From Chlorokybus atmophyticus (Eukaryota > Plantae > Mesostigma and Chlorokybus algae), in NCBI GenBank assembly GCA_009103225.1, contig RHPI01001052.1, positions 62,001 to 126,000 on the forward strand: DNA of 64,000 nucleotides, read 5' to 3'. Shown piece after piece: positions 27,310 to 39,748 of the stretch (position 1 is its first letter; every line of letters starts with the position of its first letter). The notes below the pieces were generated by a model. That model made no database searches and had not been told where the DNA came from. It saw only the letters and a program-made list of their open reading frames with translations. The translations under genes were made by a program, and so were the position numbers.

Positions 27310-29113
27310 TCGGTCTGTGACATGTCGCAGCCGGCTGGTGCTGGTTCATGCACGTGCAGTAGCTACGTGCATGCAATGCTACTAGCCCCGCACCTAACAC
27401 AAGACAATACAAGGCAATACCACACAGCACTCTCACAAGCACGCACCCACGCACTGACACCACAACTTGGCTTGTGCATATGTACAGAAGTATGCTTACA
27501 TCCAGTGCATTGTGCCACTCATGTACAACACGCGTATGCTCACTCACAGCAGCCAGGCCAGGTATGCAGGTAGCAAAGTGTATAGGCTGACCAATGAGAC
27601 AGATGCAACCACACACACGCACGCACGCACGCTCCCCCACCCCACACACACGCACACACACGCATGCACAAGCACGCATACAGTAGGAGACTCACAAGCA
27701 AAAGAATCAAGGCAGGGGCAAAGCCTATAGCTATGTGCTCTATGTATGTGCGTGTAGTGGGGCGGAGGTTAAGCAGGCAAGCAGGCGCTATTCATACAAC
27801 ACACGCTACGTAAGTTGGGGCACGTAGCTATATAGCTATTGGCTATGGGCATAGCTCTATGCTCTCTATGTGCATTCGATGCACGAAGATTCAATTGATA
27901 GACAGTAAAGTGTCCGAGTATCAGCTGCGACCGCGCCTAACAACACACAAACACGATAAACACATCACTACAATACATAGCAAGCATCAGAGTTGCAAAA
28001 GCATACTCAACCGTAGGGGCCAAACGCAATGCAAGCCAGGCAGCACATCACAGCAGCATGAATTACGTGGGGGCCAACACAAAGCTCTACTACACCATGC
28101 ACACCGCTAGACCCTAGACCGACCTTAGACAGACCCTCAGGCAGCAACGGAGCAAGCAGTAGACAGGCAGCAGCGGTTGCAAGTCAACCTGCTTAGCGCA
28201 GGAGCACATGTGGCACTTACTATTGTCTGGTTTCACACCATCCGCCCAACACCACGTCATCCTGCATCGCGTGTAGGCGTCCCCAGCCGCATTGCCTCCT
28301 CATCGCTTCCTGCGCTAGAGCGTCGCCCACGCTCGCTCTCGCTGCGGTATATTTGCCACTCGCTCGCCACGCTGACAAAGCTGACGCAGTTTTTAAGTAA
28401 GGCTTACTCAGCGCAAGAGCAGCACTTCACCATACATAGCTTTGCACGCGTAGATGTTGAGAAGCTTGAGGAAGTCGTCGCCTAGATTGTCGTGAGTTGC
28501 CACTGTTGGTGGGAAAAAGGTGCCGAGGAGAGAGGGGGCGGGGATTATTTTCGCTGCTTGCCCTGCTCCGCCTGCCAGGTGCGCCGCAAACCCTGCGCCC
28601 TCGCCGCAGCCTGTGACCATCACGTCTACAAGTGGGCAACAGTCGCGACCCTGCTTATATGCCCGGCATTAGGTTGACGAGGCATCCGCGCGTCTCCACC
28701 GAATGAATGGGCATGAAACCGTATATGCTCGGAGCTGAGTGTATAGCCCGCATCTCGCATTGTAACAACCCACCAGGTCATCATAGCAAATGCGCTACAC
28801 ATACAATGAGAGGAAGCGCAGCGCTTTTCAAGGTGGCACATTACCTCCAGCAACTACCCGCGACTGCCTATCCGCGTCCCGCCGGGACGTATTCGCGATA
28901 CGGTTGTGGTCCGGCCATGGCAAGGTATCATAGCCCCACGCGCGCAAGACCGCACATGGTGCGACCCACGTGTCAACCAAGTATTTGCTGATCATAACGT
29001 AAACACACTCATATCTCAAATGTGCTTAACCTCGCGGTATCAATATAACAACTAAGCGCTGCGATAAGAGGAGGCGTGGCGCTTTAAGATGTTACATGCA
29101 CGAATCAATGCGA

Positions 29114-29115
<2 letters not shown>

Positions 29116-29151
<36 letters not shown>

Positions 29152-29163
29152 NCCCCCCCCCCC
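29116..29163. repeat. Poly-C homopolymer (48 positions, including one N at 29152)
   Basis: Seen directly. The N indicates local sequencing or assembly uncertainty. Confidence 0.95.
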
Positions 29164-30630
29164 TCAAAGCGTCGTGTGTTTCAATCATTTCAATCGCAAT
29201 GCGCACCGCATTACTGATCTAAAATGTGTGCCCTATGGTGTAATCCTTACGCCACATGCACACTCCAGCATGTTTGTGAGTATCGGTTTTGGCAAGCTCA
29301 ACAAAGTGCGCATGGCTGTTTAGTATAGATCTACCGTCAATTGCAACCCGACTCAGCTTGTCGAAAAACAGCGACAATGCCGTCAACCATGCGCTCGCTC
29401 CCGCACACGCCGCTGACAAGTGGCATGCTCTCTCATCAGCTGTGGTCCCGCTCTATTGAAGCTGAAGTGGAGTTGTACAAGGAATCCAACTCCACCATAG
29501 CGATGTCCACCGCGCTGCTGATGTCCTTGTGCAGCTTTCGTGCCTCCATGCGCGCCATCCCAAAGGATAGCCAATTTATGAGGCGGGCCGCCGGCAGCAA
29601 AGCAGTGGGGCGGAGGGGCAGCAGGAAAGCATGACATGTATGTACATCACAGGCCAAGAAGGGGCATAATGTGATCAAATTCCATGTGGCAGCGGTGGTG
29701 GAGTGGATTGAGCAGTGCTGCCAGCCCTGCTTAGGCTAAGCGATGCTCTGACACCTTCAAATTAACTTAATGCGCCACACATAAGTAATCAGCTCAAGCT
29801 TGCCCCACGTCATCCTATATACAAGATCTATATAGATCCTATAGCTCACTGCCCATCAAGAAGTTGCATGTAGCTACAAGCAACTTCTTGATGGGCAGTG
29901 ATCACCGGCAGAAAACAACTTTCATGTGCTGGTGACGGAGAAGCATGGCACGTGCGGGGAGGACTAAGTGCTAAAAGTTTCAGCACGTGTTGCGCCGATG
30001 TGCGCGCCACATTATACCGTTGCGAGAGGTAGAGCAGCGGTGCCTGGAAGGTTTTGTGCGTCTTGGCCATCAGCGTGCAGTCTGAGCAATGCAGCACACG
30101 TAGGCCATGGCAATAATGGAGTGAGGAGCGGCGGCGGTAATGTCAATACTGGACTGAACGTTTGTGACACACGATCGCTCGACAACGGAGGCAGTCGCAC
30201 CACTTGCGGAAGGTAGCAACCGTGCATATAGTGTAATGAATCGGTGTGTACAAAAGATGTTATGCCTCATAGGTTGCATGCAAGGGGTGTCATGCATCAC
30301 ACACATTGACATTCACCCAACACGCATAGCAAACAGCATGTTATATAGTTCACCACCGGGCTATACAATCTGGACTACTACTACACTACTCGCCTTCCCC
30401 GTTAAACACACAAGCATGCAAGTGTCCCCGTCACCTGGACACCGGCGCAGGTGTGTTCGGCATGGTGGCAGCCAAAACTTGCATGTTAATGAAATAGAGA
30501 AAATTCTTGCTTAGGTGGATATTGACTGTGCGCCGTGCCCGGCAGGCAAATTACATGACGTACATAAAGCTGAAAAGTATTGATGTGCTATATACGTAAA
30601 GCTATATAGTGCAAGTGTGTACAAAAGTGT

Positions 30631-31210
30631 GTCGAGGGTATTCACTGCGTGCCACGCATGCCACACACAGCATACATGACATAGCATAGCTGGCAGCTAC
30701 ATGCTACCAGCTAGCTAAACCCAACCCCACATCATACACAACATGCATAGCATTCGCATAGCACACGGCACAACTCAGTCGATAGGGCACCTGGCTACCT
30801 TACTACTTACTTCTTACTACGCTCTACACTTACAACCACTACCTGCCACCACCCCGTCAGTCAGTCATGCATGCCAGCTAACGCAGTCATCCAATCACCT
30901 GTACAACACTCGTGGTAGTCAGCATGTGAAGTAGCACGGCAGTGCGCATGCAGTAAATGACACGCGGCGCAGCCCGTTCTCTCCCTCCATGTCCCTCTCT
31001 GCCTGTGCGCCTCCCCTCTCGGTCGCTCTGCCAGAGGGAGTGCGCCTGCCTCCTTCCTCTCGTCCGCCGCCTCTGCTGCGCAACCCTTGCTTCTATGCCA
31101 GGGTCCTACACCGCCTACGTGTGCAACGGAACGTCGAGGGTATTGACTGCGTGCCACGCATGCCACACACAGCATACATGACATAGCATAGCTGGCAGCT
31201 GCATGCCACC
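30631..31210. repeat. Pair of ~78 bp direct repeats (30631-30708 and 31133-31210)
   Basis: gtcgagggtatt(c/g)actgcgtgccacgcatgccacacacagcatacatgacatagcatagctggcagct occurs twice, offset 502 bp. Confidence 0.9.
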
Positions 31211-32587
31211 GGTCAGCCACCATCTGCATGCATGACATGATGCTACCTGCTGCCGCTGCCTCACGCCCTCCACCCCATTTGCACGCACTTGGACACAGTG
31301 CACATAGCCTTAGTCCTGCATTGCCCCTGCTATAAAGTTTGTGCTTGTGCTTGTGCTTGTGCGTGTTAGCCTTTTGCTAGTGCTATGCATCTGGGCTACA
31401 GATAAGCCTATGCATGGCAATCACACACGCACCTTCATCGGTAACACACAGCCACCGGGCTCAATAACGCTCGTGCTGCCTACTTCTCTGCCTATTCTAC
31501 TACTACAACAACCCCACCCTGTTAGTCATGAATGCATGCAATTGGCAGACTCAGTCACCTGCATCGCGGTTGTGGTTAGCGTCCAGCCTCTGCAGCATCA
31601 GTGACAGCCCACCAACTGGGACTCCGCCGCCCTCCCTCCTCTACAGCGCCGCCGCCGCCCCCTCCCTCCCGCCCGCCCGCTACATTGCACCGTTGGTGCC
31701 GCTCGGCCGGTTAGTCGCATGCATACATGCAACACGTCAGCATGATGCGACTCAGCCTGACCAAGCGGTTGTCGCTGTCGTGCGTACTGCCGGCAGGGAT
31801 CCTGCTGCGCTGCCTGAGGTGCTGTTGCTGGTGGTGTTGCTGGTCATGGTGTTGGGGTGGGGTTGTGTATGTAAGGGGCGTTCCAGTGATGCCTACTTAT
31901 ATGCTTTGGCGCCCGAGTGGTTCCGCGACCCTGTACCGACATCGGGTTGCGTGTGCGCTGCAGTGCGCACAGGGGCTGGCGCTGCTGAAGCGTGGGGCGG
32001 CGGCGGCGGTGCAGACGGCGCCACCAACCGGCGGAGGAGGATGCCGTCCTCGCTGAGGGCGGCGCGAGCAGTCTCGCTGCACGTGACATTGTGCGCCGGC
32101 GCGTGTTGGTAGTTGTTGTGTTTGGTTGGTATCAGGTATGGACGTGACCTGGACCCTTGCTCGTGGGTATGCAGGCAGCAACTAGGTTGATCTATCTCCC
32201 AATCTTTACGCCTGGCTGCAAATCGTTTTCTTGGCTGCAATCGCTCGTTTACCAAACGGAATAGGTCAGTAGGGAGCAGACTGCAGACTGAGAAATAAGA
32301 GTAGCAAAGACTACATCTCAAAGTGTCTCGTTACACGCAGAGGATATAAACTTCTGTAACGAGACCACCAGTGATTATGATAAAAAGCACGATTCGCTAT
32401 AGCTAAACGATGAAGTTTGTCTCCAACTTGCCTTGCTTGACCTGTCTTGTTCAAGCATCTAAAAATTCAGCGGCAAGGGACTTTGATCTAGAAGAATGGA
32501 CACAGTTATTTATTCTTGATAATCCAATTCTTATGTTTTTCTTACCAAAAGATGCAACTTGAATAATCCAATGTATATCTAAACCAT

Positions 32588-32844
32588 AAGAACGGTTTTT
32601 AAAAACAAGAGCAGGGACCAATAGTGTACGCCCGACCACTGTGTATTGTCATTGTAATGTATGAGTGAATATCCTGAAAATGCTGATGCAAGGCACTCAC
32701 AAAACAGCGTATAGTTAAAGCGTAAGAACCGTTTTTGGAAACGAGAGCAGGGCCCGATAGTGTATGCCCAGCCACTGTGCGTTGTCATTGTAATGTATGA
32801 GTGAATATCCTAATCATGCTGATGCAAGGCAGTCACAAAACAGC
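32588..32844. repeat. Two-copy tandem duplication, period 136 bp
   Basis: aagaac...gagcaggg...ttgtcattgtaatgtatgagtgaatatcct...atgctgatgcaaggca.tcacaaaacagc starts at 32588 and again at 32724. Confidence 0.93.
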
Positions 32845-33406
32845 AAACACAAACACTCCCGTAGCATACTCATATGTGTGTGCTTGGTGTGGGTGGTGTA
32901 GGAAGCAATGTGCGGACATAGACATCATCATGCATGCCTGTATTGTGAAGGTACTTCTTGCTTTTGTCCAGTTGCGAAATGCCTGAACTTGGTAATGGGC
33001 TGCAAGTTGGGGAAGCAAGAGTTGCTCAACAGACCATGTGCTCCATTCAGGTAAAGTTGGTAATGTGTACAAACATTGCGAACGGCATATGCACATGCAC
33101 ATCCAACATTTAGCACGCTGTGTTGGAAAAGGGGTGGCAGTGGCGTTCAGAACATGACATGATCCGTCTGACATTCTCAGAACTAAGTCAAATGAACCTA
33201 GCTATTAACTCGCTGGTATATATACAGGAATTGGGTGTAGCTAATCGCACATAAACCATGAGATGCAAAGTTACATAAGTTGGACAACCCACGAGAGGTA
33301 GGTTACAAAACAATGGTGCCGCTCAGCAGCACGCACACGGACAGCGCGCAGCTTATCAAGCACCGCGCTGCGTACACCTATTCTGTCGCTAAGTTCAGCT
33401 TTCTGT

Positions 33407-36137
33407 CTACACAACTGCTGCAGCCGCAGCGGCTGCCAATTGGAAAAAATCATGGGCTGCAAGTTCTCTCAGGGGAGTCTTGCTCCCATCCATATATTGA
33501 AGCCTCCCTCAGCATATGAGACTGCAGCGGCATACCTGAAGCTGCGAAGTGCGACACATACTGATCTGGTACCATTGATGGCGGAGGGCCCATTACATGC
33601 GGCATCTGCGGATAAAAACCGGTCATACTGGAAGCCGCACCATACTGCCAAGCCTGTTAACGAAGGGAGCAAGAGAAACAAGTTGGTTCCCTTTCCTACT
33701 AACTGAGGGTACCCACTCAAATTTACAAGTCACATAGCAAGATGGCACGTACATGCGGCTGCGCTGCGGGGAAGAGCTGTACAGGGTAGGGCATAGGTTG
33801 ACACGCTGCTTGAGGCATGCCAGGCAGGATAGGAAAAGGCAGCGGGGTAGGGGCGGCGAGCGGGTTGTTGACACCAACCATGACTGTTGGGAACGGGTGG
33901 TTCCATGCGGAAACAGATGCCGCCGCGCCATATGGTGGCATTGCATGCATTGCGGGCATCATTGGTGCAGGTACTGGCAGACCCGGCAAGCCCTGAGGGA
34001 TCGCTGGCATGGGAGGGTTGAAAACAGCACTCTGCTGGCTTCCGCTGCTGGTTGGCAAAACTGGCGGAAGAGTTGTAACACCTGATGAAACGGGCTGCCA
34101 TGCAAAGGATGCGGTCAGAACGCTGACCAATGATACAAGCTTTGAAGATTAGAGCAAGACTGAAATCGACCATACCTGCATGCAGTACCAAATGCGCCAA
34201 CCACCAACTTCACCGTACGGAGCAAAAAGCATAGGTGCTTGCTGCAAAGGGACAGGTGGCATGTAGCTGCCAGATTTTTGCATGCTGGGAAGTGGCGGTG
34301 GACTTCGGACATCTGTAGCAAAGCTATGTCACAATCCCTGTACACCCAGACACATGCAACACAAACTGTACCTTGCGGCACACTCACAGCTGTGACCAAG
34401 CAACCCACCTTTGGTGCGTTGCCGTACTCTTCTTTGAGAATGATCCGCATCAGGGCGGCCAGCTTCAGACTGTTCAAGGTCTTGATTGGTGCCGTAGAGC
34501 GGATGCTGCGCATGCGACTCCTCCCTGAACGTCCCATCGCGACATGTTCGTGATGGAGAGCATTCATCTGGCTCATCTTCTGCAAAAGGCGCAAAGAAGG
34601 TCAGCTTGCCAGACACCAACTTGAGCTAACAGCAAGTGACGGTGGCGTTGAGTTAGGCTTGGGACATACGGTAATAGGCACAATCCAGACCACAACGAGT
34701 GTAACATGCTGTAGAACCAGACACTACGCAAGTTGACAGTGACTGGCATGCAACATACAACAAACCAGAGGCGGAACCAGGCCATCGAACACTGCCTGCT
34801 TACCAGCCTCGTACGGTACAACCCTGACTCTCTCATCGGCAGAGCATCTGCCTGAAACGTGAACACCTGTGCGCTCTGGTACAGGGTCTCTATCTTCGGC
34901 CAGCATTGAACCTTTACGCTTGTTGCTCAGAGCTGGTACTGTACATGTGCTGCCCTCAGCCTCATCCACCTGCAAACAGCGGTTAGTGTCATGATCACGC
35001 TTGCACACTAATTAGTTGAACTGCCCAAACTACAATAAAGGAAGCGCAGAGGCGTAACTACAAAGCTCCGCTTGCCTGCTGCTCCATTGGTCGTATGCGA
35101 CTTTCGTATATGCCTTGCTCCTTGACTCCGACTCCTTTGACTGATGGCCGCGGGATGCCATCGGCACCAGAGCAGAAGTCATGATGGGAAAATTCGTTGA
35201 GGTTCGCGGGAGGATTGGGACGCTCAAACCCGTATGACACTGACCAGTCCAACCCTGAAGGTCCTGGAGCCTGCATGATGGTAAAAGTCAGTGCCAAAAT
35301 GACTTGCCTACTAGATGCTGTGTAGAACACATATCCACAATGCTCCAGGAGAAATCTGCTTAGTACTTAGTACGTAGATGCATCTGTTTGACACCTTGAG
35401 TGGCAGCTGTGCTAAGCCTTGTGGCCGTTGCGGTGTGGAGAATTGGAAGCGTTGTCGTATTGGTGCTGCACCAGCCACCTGAGACGCGCTTTCACCAAAA
35501 GTGAATGCACCCTGTTTGCGGCGGAATCCTAATCGGTCACCAGGCCATATGACGCCAGTTGGTTGCTGGACAGCCGGCTGCAAGGTGTTCAACCCATAAG
35601 GACAATATGTGCATGGCAACAGTGCGCGTAAGCTGAGATAAACTGTGTGACGATGACAGGCCAGCCACACAGACCTCTGCACCAGGCCGCAAGTGCAAAA
35701 TGCTAAGCCGCATTTTCGCGGTCGGTGCCCATCGCAAGCAGCCACTTTGCAATGTGATCAATCTGACATGCATGAAACTTACCAGTGGCTTCGTAACGCC
35801 AGCTTGCAGGTGGGGACCCGCAGCACCACCGGCTTTTCCCTGGGGGAGTACGCCAGCACTGGAACCAGCACCAAAAAGGCTGGGCTTTGCAACGACTTGA
35901 GGCTCGCTCACCAGGGTTTCGAATGTTGTTGCAAACGCTGTGTGCAACCATCCGGCTGCAAAGTACACATGGCAGCAGGTTATCACGAGTCCTTTGACAT
36001 GAGAAGTGCAGGTGGACAACATGCCCACCGTAGGCACCAACAACTGCACAGCTCAGCATGTGCTGCGTCTCACCATCTGCTACAAATTTGTCTGGAGACT
36101 GATTCTTGCAGCCCTCCTCATCGCTGGAGCTGTCCAT
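33407..36137 (-). CDS. Hypothetical multi-exon protein with a Pro-rich C-terminus; no domain recognised
   Basis: The last three exons splice in consistent phase: ...FPAAQPH|MPHVMGPPPSMVPDQYVSHFAAS|AHDFFQLAAAAAAVV* (TAG 33407-33409). Upstream exons with GT-AG borders include one with a basic NKRK motif. The start MDSSSDEEG is tentative. Confidence 0.5.
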
Positions 36138-37807
36138 GGAAAGCAAGATCCGCTTCTAAGCTGCATCCCTCCAACCCGCAGCATGCGCTACCGCACTCAA
36201 CATGAACAGGCGCTTTATAGTATGACAAGGACAGTGCTACACAGGTTCAGACGTTGCAGCCCAGCAAGGACACTTGAAGCCACTAGTTGCAGGCGTTTTC
36301 CCAGCAGGCAGCAGCCGTCTGTAGCCAGGTAAACTTGTTGGTGGCGGAGTAACAATGAACAAATACACTGACAGCTAAGATATTGGCACGCAGTCATCCA
36401 AAAGCTCAGCTGTCAGCGCTGAGAACTGGACACGAAGCTTGAGGCTTGAAGCAGCAAACTGGCCAACAGTACACTGTTGAGACCCCGCTAGCGTGTTCTA
36501 ACCGTGCCAATTCCGCCAGTGCAGGGTAATCTTTGTCAAACGGCTTCGCTACGACCATATCACCATTATGCCAGTGGCAGGTAACACAGTGGTCCAGAAC
36601 TATGCCACGAACCTTTCCTGATGCGACTGCTAAACGTGGCCGCACAGCTCGTAGTCTGACCGCAGAGAAGCAACAACCACACAGCAGCACACCGACCAGG
36701 CCAGCACCAAGACCACGGGGGGAGAAACAGCACTTAATCAGCCACAGATATGCAAAAGTTGTGCAAAAGTTTGTCACACACCAGCTCAGCGGTCTCCCGC
36801 ATCCGCCACTGGCAACAGAGTCCACCCTGGTAGGCACGCCAACTTTGCTGTGTGCCTAGTCCTCCCGCCCGACCTGCCTGAAACCCAAAGCCACGGCTAG
36901 CCACTCCCGCTGCCAACTAGACCCCTCCCCTTGCCGCCGGCACCTCCCCGTTTACCTATCCGCCGCCGCCCACACCGCCAGCAACACCTCTACCACTGCT
37001 GTAGCTAGCGTCAACCCTAAGCTCGCCCTGCTGACAGCGGCGTTCATGTCAGCAGCCCGAAAAAAGCATAAAAGCGACAAAAGACAAATAATGAACCGAG
37101 CGCTCATTCGAGAAAGAGTCGTTGCTAAATAAAGACCGAAAGCGGGGTAAACGGGTTATGACAAGACCTGCGTGCCTGCGGGATGACGAAGTTGTTTTAT
37201 CTCATGAACGCGTGCCAGTTTGCATGTGCTATCTTCCATCGGTTACACATCGGAACGGAGACCGGCGGTCAGGCACTGATGACGACAACAAAAGAGTTCT
37301 ACGCCAAGCTTCCGCTGCTTGCGTAATTCAAGATACGGCATCATCAATCATGAAATGGCAGGAATCCCGTGGTGGATCAAATCGCAATTTATTCATCAAT
37401 CATGCCCCGTGCTTGAAGGCAGTTCAGCCGTGCGAGCAGCTAAGTGGGGCTTACAGCGTAGCTAGTGGGCAGCCGTGCTGCCATGCTTGAATAGGAATCC
37501 AAGAACCTGATGACATCAATAAACTCGTCCCCGCGTGACGCAAATCTTTTTGTCTTTCACGGGGGCTGATTAGACAGGCGGCCGGACAGGCGATGGCCGG
37601 CCAAACGCGCACGGTTACCAGAGTCTGCCCGCCGGACAGTTACCGGACAGTTAGGGCTCGCTGCGGCGGAAAATCCCGTTTCCGTGTCACAAATGTTTGA
37701 TACTCTGGCCTGAAACTGACATCAGCCTGGCAGTTTCTGGCCCGAATCGGCGTGAACGGGCCGCGGCGCAGCGGATGAGTTTGGGTTCGGGTCCCTAGGT
37801 GCATGTA

Positions 37808-37869
37808 AGGTTCGGTAACGACCCGGGGTCTCTAGCTGGGGCCCTAGGTTCGGTAACGACCCGGGGTCT
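37808..37869. repeat. 24 bp perfect direct repeat AGGTTCGGTAACGACCCGGGGTCT (37808-37831 and 37846-37869) upstream of PAM18
   Basis: Seen directly. Confidence 0.95.
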
Positions 37870-37950
37870 TACTTTCTTAACATTAAGGTTTGACGGCAGA
37901 AACTTCCAGAAGGCGACACGTGGAGCTATCAGAACACAGACGTGCACTGC

Positions 37951-37959
37951 AAACCCTAA
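37951..37959 (+). promoter_or_regulatory. Telo-box AAACCCTAA
   Basis: Exact plant telo-box in the 5' region of PAM18; function inferred by analogy only. Confidence 0.45.
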
Positions 37960-38110
37960 TTGCGGCGGCGGCGGCGGCGGCGGCGGCATCTGAGGAGTCT
38001 GCGAGGAGGCGCTGCGGCAGCTTGCTCTGGTGGCAGTCTAGGGGCATCAGTCGCAAGTCACAGGCGCTCCCCGTAGCTTGAGTGGTTGCTGACGTTCTTC
38101 TGCTGCAGTC

Positions 38111-39290
38111 ATGGTGAGAGCATGCAGTCATTGTTGGCTGGCGTCAGTTTGACGGGGACTGGTTGTGCGGCTGTATCCTTTGTGGCCGGCGTAGGGTGTC
38201 GTTATGTTCTCAATGGCTTTTTCCCTTACCAAAGGATTTTACTGTCACAAGGTGCGTCACAACAAGCAGTTCACATGACGAGAACGGGTACTCCAATACT
38301 TGGTCAGGAATGCTTGTAAGCACTGGAGTCTGCCAGTTGTTTACTGTCGAGCTGCTCTAGAAGAAACGGACTTAGAGTTCAGTAACAACGTGTTTTAGAG
38401 TGTGAACAGCTTGTGTACAACGCTGAGTTTTGCAACAACTCCCTGTGTGTGAATAGTTGAACGCGATTAGTAGCATATTTTGGCTATGTTAATGCAGCTG
38501 TGCACGCATATTACACGTGATACCGTTCAGTGTATCCATGCATAAGCCATGCATGGATACACGCACTGGCCGTTGAAGTGAACATGCTGCTCATTGCTTG
38601 CTGATTTCAAGGTGATCTGCTTCATTTATCCAACTTTGCCTGCAGGCGACGCCAGTTGTTGTGGGCATGAGCGTGGCAGCCGCAGCGTATGCAGCGCGCG
38701 GCGCCATGGCGGCGTGGCAGGCGTTTAAGGCGCGTCCGCCGCGGTTGCGGAAGTTCTATGAAGGGGGCTTTCTGCCTGTTATGACTCGTCGGGAAGCGTC
38801 TCTCATCTTGGGTGTCAGGTAGGCTCACGTTTGTTATGACACGCTGCTTGCATGTGTGCAATATACCGGATAGTTGGTTGTGCAAACCTCAAACAACATG
38901 CAAGGTGACATGCGCCAGCTGTCTGGGAAAGAGTGTCATTCCATCCAACCTTACTGCAAGTTGCGCCAATTCGCGTGTGAAGCATTGTCGTGCACTGACA
39001 GTCAACTGAACAAGCAGAACCCTTACATATGTATGACGAATGTAGACGTTTCAACTCTGTATCATATACTGCACTTGAGCTCAACTTCGGCTCGTGCCGA
39101 AGTGCTGATATCAGGTCTTTGGCACGTGTATGGCAGAGAGGCCACTGATGCGGAGCGCATCAAGGCCGCCCATCGGCGGGTGATGGTAGCCAACCACCCG
39201 GACGCTGGCGGCAGCGACTACCTCGCAAGCAAAATCAATGAAGCCAAGGACAAACTGCTTCGTGGAGGCCAGGACGGATCCCCGTTCTGA
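38111..39290 (+). CDS. PAM18: Mitochondrial import motor J-protein PAM18/TIM14
   Basis: M|[58 protein letters not shown]|[41 protein letters not shown]; has the HPD motif. Confidence 0.96.
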
Positions 39291-39748
39291 CATTGTACAT
39301 GATACCTTAGTTGGTTGTTAGTGTATGAGAATAACACTGGCTCGGCACGTTGTGCACACGCTGTTTCTACAATACAGGCAGCAACGTTGGAGTGTCGTTA
39401 GGGTTAGGAACACTTTTTTTGCAGGTTTCCCTGCAAGCTGCCATATTTTATACACGAGATGAACAGTACCTTGCTGTCATTATCACGCCAGTCTCGAGTG
39501 TTGCTGTATGCGATGGTGCATTCTGATGACTCTCCTGGCCAGACCCATGTTGTGGTGTACTTGCGCATCCATGTGTGCAGGAGATGGTATGCTAGAATCC
39601 TACCTGAGTCTGAACCCACGCTAATGCATATGGTTGGCGCATCTAAGTCCGCATCTGAGCATGTAGTATATGTTGACTTCATGAAAGCATGTTGCAGGTG
39701 AGACACTTGCATCTGTGCATTATCTTGAGATTCTAATTGCGTAAAGGT

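Noticed and set aside
28800-28930. HTMR...RY, and WSGH in another frame, resembling a tyrosine recombinase
   Set aside because: Motif spacing needs frameshifts, and no upstream catalytic Arg box was found. Too weak without a profile search.
25900-29700. Search for a hammerhead ribozyme around the PLE remnant
   Set aside because: The only CTGATGA (minus strand, ~29432) has no stem II plus GAAA following it.
33271-33720. Two in-frame ORFs separated by a single TGA (33469-71), suggesting selenocysteine or readthrough
   Set aside because: The TGA falls in a 79-nt GT-AG intron (GTATGC...TTGCAG), and the true exons use another frame.
37344-37690. WW...P.L peptide, GGAAAATCCCGT and CCGGACAGTTA repeats resembling hAT elements
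   Set aside because: No convincing TIR pair or 8-bp TSD, and the peptide lacks the rest of the hAT dimerisation motif.
37808-37869. Direct repeats considered as a CRISPR mini-array
   Set aside because: Only two copies, a 14-nt spacer, eukaryotic context and no cas genes.
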